Shown in pieces: positions 39,237 to 49,719 of a stretch of DNA of 64,000 nucleotides (positions are counted from its first letter, which is position 1; each line of letters begins with the position of its first letter). Location of the stretch: assembly GCA_003507445.1 (NCBI GenBank), contig DNVR01000019.1, positions 142,132 to 206,131 on the forward strand. Reading direction: 5' to 3'. The translations under genes and the position numbers were made by a program. The notes beneath the pieces were generated by a model that saw only the letters and a program-made list of their open reading frames with translations, was not told the origin of the DNA and did not search any database. The DNA comes from Candidatus Moraniibacteriota bacterium. Its GTDB lineage: Bacteria; Patescibacteriota; Minisyncoccia; Moranbacterales; GWC2-37-73.

Positions 39237-41429
39237 ATGGCAGCAGGAACATTGGACGCAACTATATTTAATGATTTGCTTAACAAGCACACAGCACAAA
39301 TAAGTGCTGAGGTTGAAGTTGAAAAAGAAGACAAGAGAATTGCTAAATGGACACAGGAACACAAGGATAAATTGGCAATTGAAACTGAAGTGCTTGGCGA
39401 GCAGCGTGAAAAAGAGAATGAGATGTTCGAAACTGCTGCCAAGAGTCCTAAAAAAGGAATTGAAAAAAAAGATTCTGTTTTTGAGGGTGAGAGAAATTTC
39501 AAAAAATCCACAGATATGGCTGAAGCTGTTGATCCTCAAGAAAAAGCTCTCAGGGAAGCAAGAAAAATTTATGTCGAAACTGAATTCAAAGAACGAAATG
39601 CTCTTAGGGAAGTTAGGGGTTATTTTAGTCGGGCGCTTGGAAAGGAGGATAAGACAGAAACACCAAATATCGCTGCAGCTCGTATGGCTTATGAAAAATT
39701 ACGTAAAGAAAAGATGAATGGCGAGATTGCCAAACTCGAAAGTGGTACGCTCAAAGGAGATGCTTTGAATACTGAGATCAAGAAATTACTCACTTATTAT
39801 AATACTGGAGCTGCACTGGAATTATATAATGATAGAATTGCAGTAAAAACTGCGCAAAAAAAAGAAACCGAGGGAAAAACAAAGCTTAAAAATACTTGGG
39901 ACAAGGTAACGTTAAAGATGGATCAGGTTGCGGAATTTTATAATAAAAAAGTTCATTGGTCTATAAAAATTGGACTTGCTGCAACCTCTTGGTATCTTGG
40001 TGCTGGTGCATTTAAATCTGGAAAAAACATTTGGGGTGCTTTTATGATGGCAACAGCGGGAGGTGCGGCGTTGGATGGTGCGGCACAATTTACTGATAGT
40101 ATTCTTGATGGTAGGGCGGACAAAAAAAATCTTAAAGAAATTTCCAAAGAAGGTGGCGAGGTTGATTTTGAAAAATTGAGAGGAATCTTGAATCAAAAAA
40201 ATGAAGATATTAATAGAAAAGTTAATAAACATGTGATGCGGGCATATTTTAATAAGACGGTTGCAGTTTGTTTGGCAACAGTAATTGGAGTGCAGGCAGT
40301 TGAGGGCATGGCGCATGCTTTTGAAAAAATGACTGCAGCACCTCCCGTGGTTAGCACCGCTCCATCTGTAGATAATTGGCCAACTCCTCCAAGCACTGGT
40401 ATTCCTGTGGATTTAAAACCAGAATCACCTGAATATATAAAATGGGTGGCTGAACATGGTGGGAAGCCTCCAGTTTCAGCTCAAGATGCTGCTGCGCAAG
40501 CAAAAAAAGCTGCTGAAACTGTTGTTGGTGCTTCAAATAAAGCGGTTGAATCCTTAACAATAGAAAAAGGTTCAAGTATTGAAAAAACATTGATCGATCA
40601 TCTCAAGACTCATGGAATAAAAAATCCAGGAGCTGCAGCACATCGCATGTGGCTTGATTATATGCATGACAATAAAGCTGAGATAATTAAAAAAGTTGGA
40701 GACAATGAATATCACAAGATGCTAAAAGATGGAATGGTTAATGTTAAACCTGGAACGCATATTTTTATAAATGAAAATAATCCGTTGGAGATGAAATTGA
40801 GTAATATTGACGGGAAAATCTCACACCTGAATGGGCATCATTCTGTTGGCAGTGGCGGCGTTGAAAATGGGCAAGGTGTGGGCGCTAGTATTAAACCAAC
40901 TGATATTCCAAAGCCGTCAGCAGCTGCGGTGGTAGGAAATGCTGATGTCTTAGGGTACACTGGGGAAACTCAGCAAAATATTTCAACAGCAAAAGAAATG
41001 TTTAAAAGCGCTAATGCTGAATATATTCAAGCAGCCAATGATGCAACAGATCATCCCGCTGGAGGAGGTGGACCATCGGCATCTCAATATGAAGATATGG
41101 GTCGCGCTGATGAGGCGCGCAAATCGGCAGCTTTGACAGTTGAAAATTTAGCCAATGCAAAAGAGAATTGCTTTAAGGATATAAAAGCAGCGACGAATGG
41201 TATATATAAAGCTACTGGATACAAGTGGGATGATATTAAAAACTTGGATTATAGTTCTGCTTATGCTGATGATAAATTGCGTCCAATTATGAAAGAAATG
41301 GCAAAAGAATATAAAAAAGAATTTGGCAATACTAATAATTTTCCTAATAGTAATACCACTTTTGGGAAATGGCTTTACCGTGTAAAAGAGGTTACTATAA
41401 AAAAACGTTTAGGTATAAATATTGAATAA
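39237..41429 (+). CDS. Large hypothetical protein: coiled coil, Gly/Ala-rich hydrophobic segments, LysM-like region
   Basis: TIEKGSSI..VKPG resembles LysM; Pro-rich linker. Confidence 0.7.
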   Translation: MAAGTLDATIFNDLLNKHTAQISAEVEVEKEDKRIAKWTQEHKDKLAIETEVLGEQREKENEMFETAAKSPKKGIEKKDSVFEGERNFKKSTDMAEAVDPQEKALREARKIYVETEFKERNALREVRGYFSRALGKEDKTETPNIAAARMAYEKLRKEKMNGEIAKLESGTLKGDALNTEIKKLLTYYNTGAALELYNDRIAVKTAQKKETEGKTKLKNTWDKVTLKMDQVAEFYNKKVHWSIKIGLAATSWYLGAGAFKSGKNIWGAFMMATAGGAALDGAAQFTDSILDGRADKKNLKEISKEGGEVDFEKLRGILNQKNEDINRKVNKHVMRAYFNKTVAVCLATVIGVQAVEGMAHAFEKMTAAPPVVSTAPSVDNWPTPPSTGIPVDLKPESPEYIKWVAEHGGKPPVSAQDAAAQAKKAAETVVGASNKAVESLTIEKGSSIEKTLIDHLKTHGIKNPGAAAHRMWLDYMHDNKAEIIKKVGDNEYHKMLKDGMVNVKPGTHIFINENNPLEMKLSNIDGKISHLNGHHSVGSGGVENGQGVGASIKPTDIPKPSAAAVVGNADVLGYTGETQQNISTAKEMFKSANAEYIQAANDATDHPAGGGGPSASQYEDMGRADEARKSAALTVENLANAKENCFKDIKAATNGIYKATGYKWDDIKNLDYSSAYADDKLRPIMKEMAKEYKKEFGNTNNFPNSNTTFGKWLYRVKEVTIKKRLGINIE

Positions 41430-41452
41430 AAATTAAACTAAATTAAAATTTT

Positions 41453-41767
41453 ATGGAAGAACATAATACTGCGCAAGCAGAAGCGCTGAGTCAATTGATT
41501 AAAGATTTGGGAATCGACACGCTTTCTCAAGACAAACAAAATGAACTCATCATTAAGATGACGGAAGTTTTGCTGAAGAGAATTTTTCTTGAGACAATGG
41601 ATAAGCTTGGAGAAGAGGGTCGCGAGGAATATGAAAAAATGTCCCAAGGCGAAGTCTCTCCATCGCAAGTAGAAGAATTTTTCAAAGAAAGAATTAATGA
41701 TTATGACGAAATGGTGCAGGGGATTATTGAGGAATTTAGGGGAGAGATGATGCAGGCAAACAAATAA
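41453..41767 (+). CDS. Small acidic protein (DUF5663-like)
   Basis: LGIDTL..Q..LI..MTE.LL.RI..I.DY pattern recalled from CPR proteins. Confidence 0.65.
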   Translation: MEEHNTAQAEALSQLIKDLGIDTLSQDKQNELIIKMTEVLLKRIFLETMDKLGEEGREEYEKMSQGEVSPSQVEEFFKERINDYDEMVQGIIEEFRGEMMQANK

Positions 41768-41855
41768 ACATGTAACATACAACATGTAACATGTAACAAA
41801 AAAATGCGTTGGTATCCTAGGTTGGATGTTATATGCTATATGTTATATGCTATAT
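41767..41855. repeat. Inverted-heptamer element, AACATGT/ATGTTAT type
   Basis: (AACATGT)n..(ATGTTAT/ATGCTAT)n. Confidence 0.75.
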
Positions 41856-41866
41856 GGTGAGAATTT

Positions 41867-42304
41867 ATGAAAAGTAACTTAGAGCCGATTGAGGAAAGTG
41901 ATTTGGACTTGGAGGGTAAAATTAAAAATGGAAGTGTGGATTTTTCTCGTGAGGATGCCGTGCCTGTTTCTGCTATTGAACGTGAAGCGATAAAAGAAGT
42001 TAGTGCAGCTGAAAAGGATGCTGCTTATGGCAAAATTCTTTCCAAAGTTCAAACAGTGCAATCTGATGATGAATTGGATCAAACAGTCATTGCGTCTGAT
42101 GCGAAGACTGGTTACGAAAAAATGGATGCTGAGTCGCAGGTTCAGCACTTGGTTGATATTGCAGGGCAAAAAGGTGTTGTGCATGCTGTGAAAGTGGCTC
42201 AACATATGCAAGACAATTATATTCTCGACACTTTTCACGACCGTATGCTCGGCGAAGAACTGCACAATGCATTGGTGGAGAAGGGAATGATAAAGGAAAT
42301 CTAG
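41867..42304 (+). CDS. Hypothetical protein
   Basis: C-terminal KGVVHAVKVA..YILDTFHD..L motif. Confidence 0.75.
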   Translation: MKSNLEPIEESDLDLEGKIKNGSVDFSREDAVPVSAIEREAIKEVSAAEKDAAYGKILSKVQTVQSDDELDQTVIASDAKTGYEKMDAESQVQHLVDIAGQKGVVHAVKVAQHMQDNYILDTFHDRMLGEELHNALVEKGMIKEI

Positions 42305-42314
42305 GATTTCAAGG

Positions 42315-42433
42315 TCTAAATACTAAAGACTAAAGACTAAATCAAGATTAAATTTAAAAAAGTTTAAAGTATTGCGTTTGTTTATATTTTAAACTTTAGA
42401 TTTGATTTAGTAATTAGACTTCAGACTTTAGAA
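42315..42433. repeat. Inverted-heptamer element, ACTAAAG/CTTTAGA type
   Basis: TCTAAAT ACTAAAG ACTAAAG ACTAAAT..TTTAGTA ATTAGAC TTCAGAC TTTAGA. Confidence 0.7.
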
Positions 42434-42475
42434 TTAAAAAATATAAACAAAAAATACAAATAAAAAATATTTTTC

Positions 42476-44962
42476 ATGAATACTCTCGACCTCAACACCA
42501 TCCTCATCCCTTTGCTTTGGGTTTTTGCCACACTGACTCTTTTTAGTGGTGCTTTTTTGGTTGTGCGAAGTTTTTTGAATTATCGTGCTCAAATCAATCG
42601 TTCGATGAATATGGACTTGGAAGTTGTGCGAGTGACAAAAATTTTCAAGGAAAAAGGCGAGCGAAGTGAAAATGGCGAAGCTTGGAAAGAAGAAATTGGT
42701 GCGATGGAACAATTGCTCACGACACTTTCTAATATTAAAGAAAAAAAATCACTCTGGGCTCATTTTTTGTATAGCGAGCCATATATGGCACTTGAAATTG
42801 CCAATCCTTGTGGAAATGAGGAAATTTCTTTTTATTTGGCAGTGCCAAAGAAATTTCGTGACAGCATTGAGAAGCAAGTTCATTCATATTTCCCACATGC
42901 TTCTATTGAAAAAATTCCAGATTATACGATTTTTTCACCAGGGAGTTTTACTGCTGCTGCAACACTTGGACTTAAACGTTCATATGCTTTGCCAGTTCTT
43001 ACATATGAAAATATTGATGTTGACCCGCTCAATGAAATTTCAAATGCGCTTAGTAAGCTGCAAACAGAAGGGGAAGGTGCGGCGATTCAGATTGTTTTGC
43101 GTCCTGCGGGAAAAAATTGGCGAAAATTGGGAAGAGGAATTGCACACAAGATGCAACAAGGAAAACAACTTAAGGATGCACATTCAAATTCGATCGCAAT
43201 GGAACTTGGAAAAGGTATGGTGCAAGTGATTCAAAATAAGCCAAAGGAAGAAATTCTGCACAAGGATTCAGTGCAGCTTACTCCGGAAGAACAGGAACTT
43301 GTAAAAAAAATTGAAGCAAAATCTGGCAAGGCTGGATTCAAAGCTAACATTCGTTTGCTTGCATCTGCAATGACTCAACAGAAGGCGGATGAAATTTTGG
43401 CGCATATGGAAAATGCTTTTGCGCAATTTGAAAATCACGACGTCAACCATTTTGTGGTGCAAAAAAGAATTAAATCCAAGAAAATATCTTTTGATTATAT
43501 CTTCAGAAATTTTGATGAAGATCATTCTATCATTTTGTCTACTGAGGAAATTGCCAGTATTTTTCATTTTCCAATTTCTACCACTGAAACACCAAAAATT
43601 AAATGGTTGAAAGCTGGAGCTGCACCACCACCACTTAATATTCCAAAAGAAGGATTGGTTCTTGGATATAATGATTATCGTGGAGTAAAAACCGACATCA
43701 GACTTAGTGATGGAGACAGACGAAGGCATTTGTATACTATCGGTCAAACTGGTGTTGGTAAGTCAAATTTCTTGCAGGAAATGGCCAAACAAGATGCGCG
43801 TGACGGCAAAGGATTTTGCTTTATTGATCCACACGGAGATGCGATTGAAGATATTTTAACTGCCATTCCGAAGGAACGCGCGGAAGATGTGATTGTGTTT
43901 GATCCATCTGATATGGAAAGACCCTTTGGACTTAATATGCTGGAATATGACCCGAGTCATCCCGAGCAAAAAACTTTTGTGATTAATGAAATGATTGGTA
44001 TTTTTGATCAGTTGTATGATTTGAAAGCTACAGGTGGTCCGATGTTTGAACAATATGTGCGAAATGCGATGCTCCTTATTATGGAAGATCCTGAATCAGG
44101 CTCAACGCTGATGGAAATTTCCAAAGTTTTGGCTGATGAAGATTTCCGCAAAATGAAATTGTCCAAGTGTAATAATCCCGTAGTTTCAGATTTTTGGATC
44201 AAGGAAGCTGAGAAAGCTGGTGGGGAAGCAGCACTTGCTAATATGGTTCCGTATATCACTTCCAAGCTTACCACCTTTGTTTCTAATGATATGATGCGTC
44301 CAATCATCGCACAGCAAAAAAGTACAATCAATTTTCGTGAAGTGATGGATTCTGGCAAAATTTTGTTGGTAAAACTTTCCAAAGGAAAGATTGGAGAAAT
44401 CAATGCACATCTTTTGGGAATGGTTATTGTGGGAAAAATTTTAATGAACGCGCTGGCGCGCGGTGATATGCCTGAAGATCAGCGTCGCGATTTTTATCTT
44501 TATTTGGATGAATTTCAAAATGTCACAACTGAATCGATTTCTCAAATTCTTTCTGAAGCGCGAAAATATCGTTTGTGTTTGATTATTGCACATCAATTTA
44601 TTGGGCAACTTAAAGAAGAAATTTCCAAGGCAGTTTTTGGTAACGTTGGTTCGATGGTGGCTCTGCGAGTTGGACCAGAAGATGCAGAGTTTTTGGAAAA
44701 ACAATTCGAACCGATTTTTACTGCCAATGATTTGGTTAATGTGGATAATTATAGTGGCTTTACGCGAATGCTTGTTAATGGGGAACTTTCCAAGCCATTT
44801 AATATTAAATTTTATCCACCAACCAGGGGCAATCAAGAAGCTGCCAATTATCTCAAAGAGCTGTCACGCCTCAAATATGGACGCGACGCTGCTATTGTGA
44901 ACCGTGAAATTATGCAACGCGCCCAATTTGCACGTAGCGCAATGAAAGAGTCAGCTTTCTAA
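42476..44962 (+). CDS. Membrane-anchored VirB4/VirD4(TraD)/HerA-like P-loop ATPase
   Basis: N-terminal TM, RRRHLY.IGQTGVGKS, IDPHGD, LYLDEFQN, LSEARKY, AHQFIGQL, GNVGS. Confidence 0.88.
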   Translation: MNTLDLNTILIPLLWVFATLTLFSGAFLVVRSFLNYRAQINRSMNMDLEVVRVTKIFKEKGERSENGEAWKEEIGAMEQLLTTLSNIKEKKSLWAHFLYSEPYMALEIANPCGNEEISFYLAVPKKFRDSIEKQVHSYFPHASIEKIPDYTIFSPGSFTAAATLGLKRSYALPVLTYENIDVDPLNEISNALSKLQTEGEGAAIQIVLRPAGKNWRKLGRGIAHKMQQGKQLKDAHSNSIAMELGKGMVQVIQNKPKEEILHKDSVQLTPEEQELVKKIEAKSGKAGFKANIRLLASAMTQQKADEILAHMENAFAQFENHDVNHFVVQKRIKSKKISFDYIFRNFDEDHSIILSTEEIASIFHFPISTTETPKIKWLKAGAAPPPLNIPKEGLVLGYNDYRGVKTDIRLSDGDRRRHLYTIGQTGVGKSNFLQEMAKQDARDGKGFCFIDPHGDAIEDILTAIPKERAEDVIVFDPSDMERPFGLNMLEYDPSHPEQKTFVINEMIGIFDQLYDLKATGGPMFEQYVRNAMLLIMEDPESGSTLMEISKVLADEDFRKMKLSKCNNPVVSDFWIKEAEKAGGEAALANMVPYITSKLTTFVSNDMMRPIIAQQKSTINFREVMDSGKILLVKLSKGKIGEINAHLLGMVIVGKILMNALARGDMPEDQRRDFYLYLDEFQNVTTESISQILSEARKYRLCLIIAHQFIGQLKEEISKAVFGNVGSMVALRVGPEDAEFLEKQFEPIFTANDLVNVDNYSGFTRMLVNGELSKPFNIKFYPPTRGNQEAANYLKELSRLKYGRDAAIVNREIMQRAQFARSAMKESAF

Positions 44963-45015
44963 AAGGTTTTAGGTGTTAGGTACTAGGTTCTAGGTTTTAG
45001 AAAAATTCATACAGC

Positions 45016-45043
45016 AAAAAACGGCTATCGTTAGCCGTTTTTT
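45016..45043. terminator. Bidirectional terminator
   Basis: AAAAAACGGCTA-TCGT-TAGCCGTTTTTT. Confidence 0.75.
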
Positions 45044-45122
45044 GTGTTGTTATTGACTTTTTATCAATTTGGGTGTATAATATAAAGATAGTGTCCACAC
45101 GTTTTAAAAACGTGTGGATTTT

Positions 45123-47747
45123 TTATTGAAGCGTAACTGAAATCAGTCCAGCTAAAGTTGCAATGTATGCGAGTTTGTTTTGTTCGTCGACTGTCAATGA
45201 AAGCGCATCTTTGAAGGCTTCATTGTGGTATTGCACAAGGATGTTCCCGTCTTTGCTATATGAAACTAGGCGCGAGTTTTGTGTGTCTAGTACATAGAGG
45301 TTTTGCAAGTCCGGAGTTGTGTATATTTTATCAAAGTTAATAGGTGTGGTGGATGCTTCAAGTGTGAAATCGACAACTTTTCCTTTGAAGAATTTTAAAA
45401 CTTTATTATCGGAAATCGCATAAATGTTGTCGTCGATTGTTATTTCTGAAACATTTGCAAGAGATGTTGAATCTTTGAGCCAACTTGTTTTTTCGCCAAA
45501 TCCACCGTCTGCGCGTGGGAAGCGATAAATTTGATTGTTTTTTTGATCAAGCACATATAAATATGTTAGATATGTTCCAATTGGACTTCCTGATGAAATG
45601 TTGGATAAATCGATGTTGTTGCTTGCAAACTTTTCTGAAATTGGACTGAAGGAAAGAATTTTGTTGCTGTCCGTGAAGATTAAAACAAGGGACAAGTCTT
45701 TCATATATGTTGCGGAAATAGCAGCTCCGGAGTCAGCAGGAATCGGAAATTCTTTCGGCTCTTTGTTTTGCAAAACAATAACGCTGTTTTTTGTAACCAC
45801 TGTTGGATTGTTGTTTGCGATCAAAGCGGTAACGATATTTGAGTTTGATAAAATTGCTTGAATTTGTGTGTTGAAATCAATATTTTTGTCATTTGCCAAT
45901 GCTCCTATTTGGGTCAAAGGCGCATCTTGAAGTTCAACAATTGTTGGAGCTTTTGGTCTGTTCAAGAAACGCACAATGAAAAGAGGTGCGATAAAAATAA
46001 GGGCTAGTGCAAAAAGAATAAACAGTTTTTGTTTTCCTGAAAAATGTGAAAATAATTTTCCAATTTTTGAAAAATGCGGAGTTATGATGGTTGTTAATTG
46101 ACTTGGCTTTGCAATACCAGACCTTCTTTTTGCTATTGCTCTAATTTTGCTTAGTCCAATTTTTGTGTGCGCAATTAATTTTTTTGATAGTGGTAGTATT
46201 TTTTTAATATTTTCCAAAGCCAACATCTTAAGTTTCGTTGTTTTGGATGTTGTTTCAACATTTTCAAATTGTATTTCTGGCTGGATGAGGATTTCTTCTT
46301 CTAATGTCTCGGTTTCCTTTGCGGTTTTGTTTTTCAGATCAATAACAGCGTTTCCTTGCTGCTCTAGTCTTGCTAAACGAAGTTTTTCTTTGAAGCTTAA
46401 TTGTGAATCTGCAGTTGGTTGGCTCTCTGGTTCTTCTGCGCCGATATCTGCAACTTTAATTTTTGCTGCTGTTTTTTTCTTGGCTATTTCAGCTTTTGCG
46501 AGAATATTTTCTTGTGCAAGATTTTCTTGTTGACGCTTGTTTTCTTCCTCAAGATGAAGTTTGGCAAGTTGCTGCTCCTCGGCGATTTGTTGTTCGCGCT
46601 GAATTTCTTGCAAAACCCTTTCTTCTTCAAGACGTTTTGCCTCTTCGGCTGCAAGAAGCTGTTGTTTTTCTTTTTCAATTCTGCGAAGCTCTCTTCTTTT
46701 TGCTAATTGTTTTTTGTATAAAGAAAAACGTTTTCGAATTTCATTTTTGGTTAAATATGATCCTTGGGAGATTTTTTCTTTGATCATATCCCAATACAAA
46801 TTCATTTGGGGATTGGTGTTCTCATTGTTTTCATTGACCTCGCCCTGAACGTATATGTGCCCGGTTTTTTCATCGGTATATTCTTGTTCAGCATCTGCCG
46901 GCAGTATTGTCATTTCTAATTCATTTTCTTGTGCCAAGGTTTCAGTGTCTTTGGCGCTGGCAAAAGATTGTTGGCTGAAAGCATTGACTGCCTTGGGAGA
47001 TTTTTTGCGAGGCAGTGCCTTGGTTGCTGCAGCAGGAACCACTTCAGTCATTTCGACAACCACCGAAGCAATCATTTCTATTTGGTTTGAAAGTGCGGTT
47101 TTCAAAAATTGCACAAATTTGTCTCCTTCAAATCGTTGGAAATTCTTTTTGATTTCAGCAATTGGCAAAATATGAAAAATATCTGCCGAGGTTATCAGCA
47201 TTCGATCATTTTTTTCAAGGCGTCCGCTGGAAACATTAACAAAAGTCTTGAGTGGGTGTGGCTCAAGGGAATCTGAGGCGAGATCCTCACTTATCTCGGA
47301 AAGACTTTGGTTTCTATATAAAAAGATTTTAGCATCGCCTGAAACACTGAAATGCGCATTGTTTTTTTCTAACACACAAATTGCGGCGTTTATTTTGCCT
47401 AGCCATTCAACGTTCCCGTGTTTGGCTAATTCAGAAAGTGCAATGTTCACTTTGTGTAGGGCACTGTCCAAGCTTTCCGTGACTGGTCTTTTTGGATTTA
47501 TATAATATTCCTTTTTTAAAACAGAGGTTAAAAAGTTCACAACATATGCAGATTCATCGGAGAATTCTTTGACTTCAAAAAAGCCAACAAGCGAGCCGAG
47601 CGGTTGCTGGTAGATGTTTTCTGGTGCGTATTCAAATAATTCCACGTATGGTTTTAGGGAGGAATTGTTGACAACCAAAATTGGGGAAATTGTTTTTTCC
47701 AGTTCTTTTATCACATCTTTGTTTTTATCGGAGTTTCTTGGGGACAT
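45123..47747 (-). CDS. Bitopic membrane protein: degenerate PP2C-like N-domain, coiled coil, TM, beta-propeller
   Basis: SSGRLEKNDRMLI; YLYVLD..NNQIYR and LYVLD..NSRL propeller blades. Confidence 0.75.
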   Translation of the reverse strand: MSPRNSDKNKDVIKELEKTISPILVVNNSSLKPYVELFEYAPENIYQQPLGSLVGFFEVKEFSDESAYVVNFLTSVLKKEYYINPKRPVTESLDSALHKVNIALSELAKHGNVEWLGKINAAICVLEKNNAHFSVSGDAKIFLYRNQSLSEISEDLASDSLEPHPLKTFVNVSSGRLEKNDRMLITSADIFHILPIAEIKKNFQRFEGDKFVQFLKTALSNQIEMIASVVVEMTEVVPAAATKALPRKKSPKAVNAFSQQSFASAKDTETLAQENELEMTILPADAEQEYTDEKTGHIYVQGEVNENNENTNPQMNLYWDMIKEKISQGSYLTKNEIRKRFSLYKKQLAKRRELRRIEKEKQQLLAAEEAKRLEEERVLQEIQREQQIAEEQQLAKLHLEEENKRQQENLAQENILAKAEIAKKKTAAKIKVADIGAEEPESQPTADSQLSFKEKLRLARLEQQGNAVIDLKNKTAKETETLEEEILIQPEIQFENVETTSKTTKLKMLALENIKKILPLSKKLIAHTKIGLSKIRAIAKRRSGIAKPSQLTTIITPHFSKIGKLFSHFSGKQKLFILFALALIFIAPLFIVRFLNRPKAPTIVELQDAPLTQIGALANDKNIDFNTQIQAILSNSNIVTALIANNNPTVVTKNSVIVLQNKEPKEFPIPADSGAAISATYMKDLSLVLIFTDSNKILSFSPISEKFASNNIDLSNISSGSPIGTYLTYLYVLDQKNNQIYRFPRADGGFGEKTSWLKDSTSLANVSEITIDDNIYAISDNKVLKFFKGKVVDFTLEASTTPINFDKIYTTPDLQNLYVLDTQNSRLVSYSKDGNILVQYHNEAFKDALSLTVDEQNKLAYIATLAGLISVTLQ

Positions 47748-47938
47748 TGGTTTTTTTGTGGTATAAAAAAGCCCTCAAGTATCTTTCTATATAATATAGC
47801 AATTTTCATTCAAATGCAATTAGCTCGGGAAGGGCTGTGATTTGAGGTTTACTTTTAATTTTATTGATTGTATAATGGCAATATTGCTGCTTTTAAGAGC
47901 AGGAGAAATACTTAATTTCTATTAATACTGTCAAACTT

Positions 47939-48544
47939 ATGTCGGAAATCCTTGAAGTGCTATTCGGTTCAAAAGCAAAAACCAGAATCCTGAGATTTTT
48001 TTTGCTTAACTCGGAAAAAGAATACAGCGTTGCTGATATTGCAAAGAAAAATATGCTGGCAACAGCTTCTGTGCGAAAAGAGATAGGCGAGCTTAAGAAA
48101 ATAAAATTTTTGGTTGAAAAAACAAAAAAAGGATCAAAATATTATACACTCGATCAAGATTTTTGTTTTTATTCTGAACTCAAAAGTTTGTTTGCAAAAT
48201 CAACTGCTTCGCCTGAATCCAAAAGTTTGTCACGATTGAAAAACATTGGGGATGTGAAACTTGCATTGGTAAGTGGCATTTTTCTTAATTATCCAAAAAG
48301 TAAGGTGGATATGGTTTTGGTTGCAAACAATGTCAGTCGCGGAAAATTGAAAAGTGTTATGAGCAGCTTGGAGGCTGAAATTGGGAAAGAGGTGAGTTTT
48401 GTGTTGATGAATAGTGATGAATTTAAATATCGCTTGGATATGCTTGATCGTTTCTTGTTGGATTTCATCGAAGGATCTCATTTGGAATTAATCGACAAAA
48501 TCCCTGGGCTCAAAAGATTTATTGCTGGTCGTAAAAAATACTAA
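47939..48544 (+). CDS. Winged-HTH protein with a C-terminal nucleotidyltransferase-like fold
   Basis: LFGSKAKTRIL..F; LVSGIF..VDMVLV; EF.YRL. Confidence 0.7.
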   Translation: MSEILEVLFGSKAKTRILRFFLLNSEKEYSVADIAKKNMLATASVRKEIGELKKIKFLVEKTKKGSKYYTLDQDFCFYSELKSLFAKSTASPESKSLSRLKNIGDVKLALVSGIFLNYPKSKVDMVLVANNVSRGKLKSVMSSLEAEIGKEVSFVLMNSDEFKYRLDMLDRFLLDFIEGSHLELIDKIPGLKRFIAGRKKY

Positions 48545-48594
48545 ATTCTACGAATTACAAATAATTACAAATTTACAAATATACAAAAACAAAT

Positions 48595-49719
48595 ATGTCA
48601 TCAATTTTTGTCGCGATTATTATAATAGGAATCTTGGCCGCTCTTTTGTGGCTTGTTTTTGATTTAAAAATGAAGGTTGTGGCGAGTAGTGATAACAAAG
48701 AAGAGAGAGAAAAGATGACGGCAATTTTGGAGCGCCTTCGGAATTTGAGCGAACAAAATCATCAAATGCGCACCGAAATAGACACAAAATTAACCGAAGC
48801 GCGGCGTTCTTCGAGTGAGCATATGCGCGACACAATTGAGACAGTCAAGGGGATTACGGGTCAATCAGCCAAGCTTATTAGCAATGTAACTGAAAAGCTG
48901 ACTAAGCTTGATGAAACAAATAGGCAAGTGGTTAATTTTTCGGCGCAACTTCAAAATTTGCAGGATATTTTGAAAAACCCAAAACAACGTGGAGTGCTGG
49001 GGGAATATTTTCTAGAAGAAACACTCAAAAACGTGCTGGGACCAAAGTCATATCAAATGCAATATAAATTGGGCAAGAGTGAAAAAACCGATCAAGATTT
49101 GATCGTTGATGCGGTTGTTTTTGTGAAAGACAAAATTGTTCCAATTGATTCAAAGTTTTCACTTGAGAATTATGAAAGAATCTTGAATTGCACTGATAGT
49201 GCAGAGCGTGAAAAATTTGAAAAATTGTTCAAACAGGATTTGAAAAATCGTATTGATGAAACTGCCAAATATATTCGTCCTGAAATGGGAACAATGGATT
49301 TTGCTTTTATGTTTATTCCTTCCGAAGCAATTTATTATGATTTGCTTGTAAACAAGGTTGGTGCAGCTCAAATTAACACGCGCGACTTGATTGAATATGC
49401 TTTTCAGGAAAAGAAAGTCATCATCGTTTCCCCGACATCATTTCTGGCATATTTGCAAACAGTGCTTCAAGGTCTCCGAGCTTTTCAAATTGAGGAAAAT
49501 GCCAAAGAGATTCGCGCCAATGTGGAAAAACTTGGAAAACATATTATTGCATATGAAGACTATTTGAAAAAATTGGGAAATAATCTCGGAACCACAGTAA
49601 ACAGTTTTAACACTGCATATAAAGAGCTTGGAAAAATAGATAAGGATGTCGCGAAAATAACTGAAGGAGAAAAAACAATTGAGCCTCTGGCTTTAGAAAA
49701 ACCACATGAACTTTTTTAA
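48595..49719 (+). CDS. rmuC: DNA recombination protein RmuC
   Basis: PKQRGVLGE, PIDSKF, KYI.P..T.DFAFMFIPSE, VSPTS. Confidence 0.93.
   Translation: MSSIFVAIIIIGILAALLWLVFDLKMKVVASSDNKEEREKMTAILERLRNLSEQNHQMRTEIDTKLTEARRSSSEHMRDTIETVKGITGQSAKLISNVTEKLTKLDETNRQVVNFSAQLQNLQDILKNPKQRGVLGEYFLEETLKNVLGPKSYQMQYKLGKSEKTDQDLIVDAVVFVKDKIVPIDSKFSLENYERILNCTDSAEREKFEKLFKQDLKNRIDETAKYIRPEMGTMDFAFMFIPSEAIYYDLLVNKVGAAQINTRDLIEYAFQEKKVIIVSPTSFLAYLQTVLQGLRAFQIEENAKEIRANVEKLGKHIIAYEDYLKKLGNNLGTTVNSFNTAYKELGKIDKDVAKITEGEKTIEPLALEKPHELF

Noticed and set aside
42476-44962. Conjugative element or ICE
   Set aside because: No relaxase, integrase, att sites or mating-pair genes nearby
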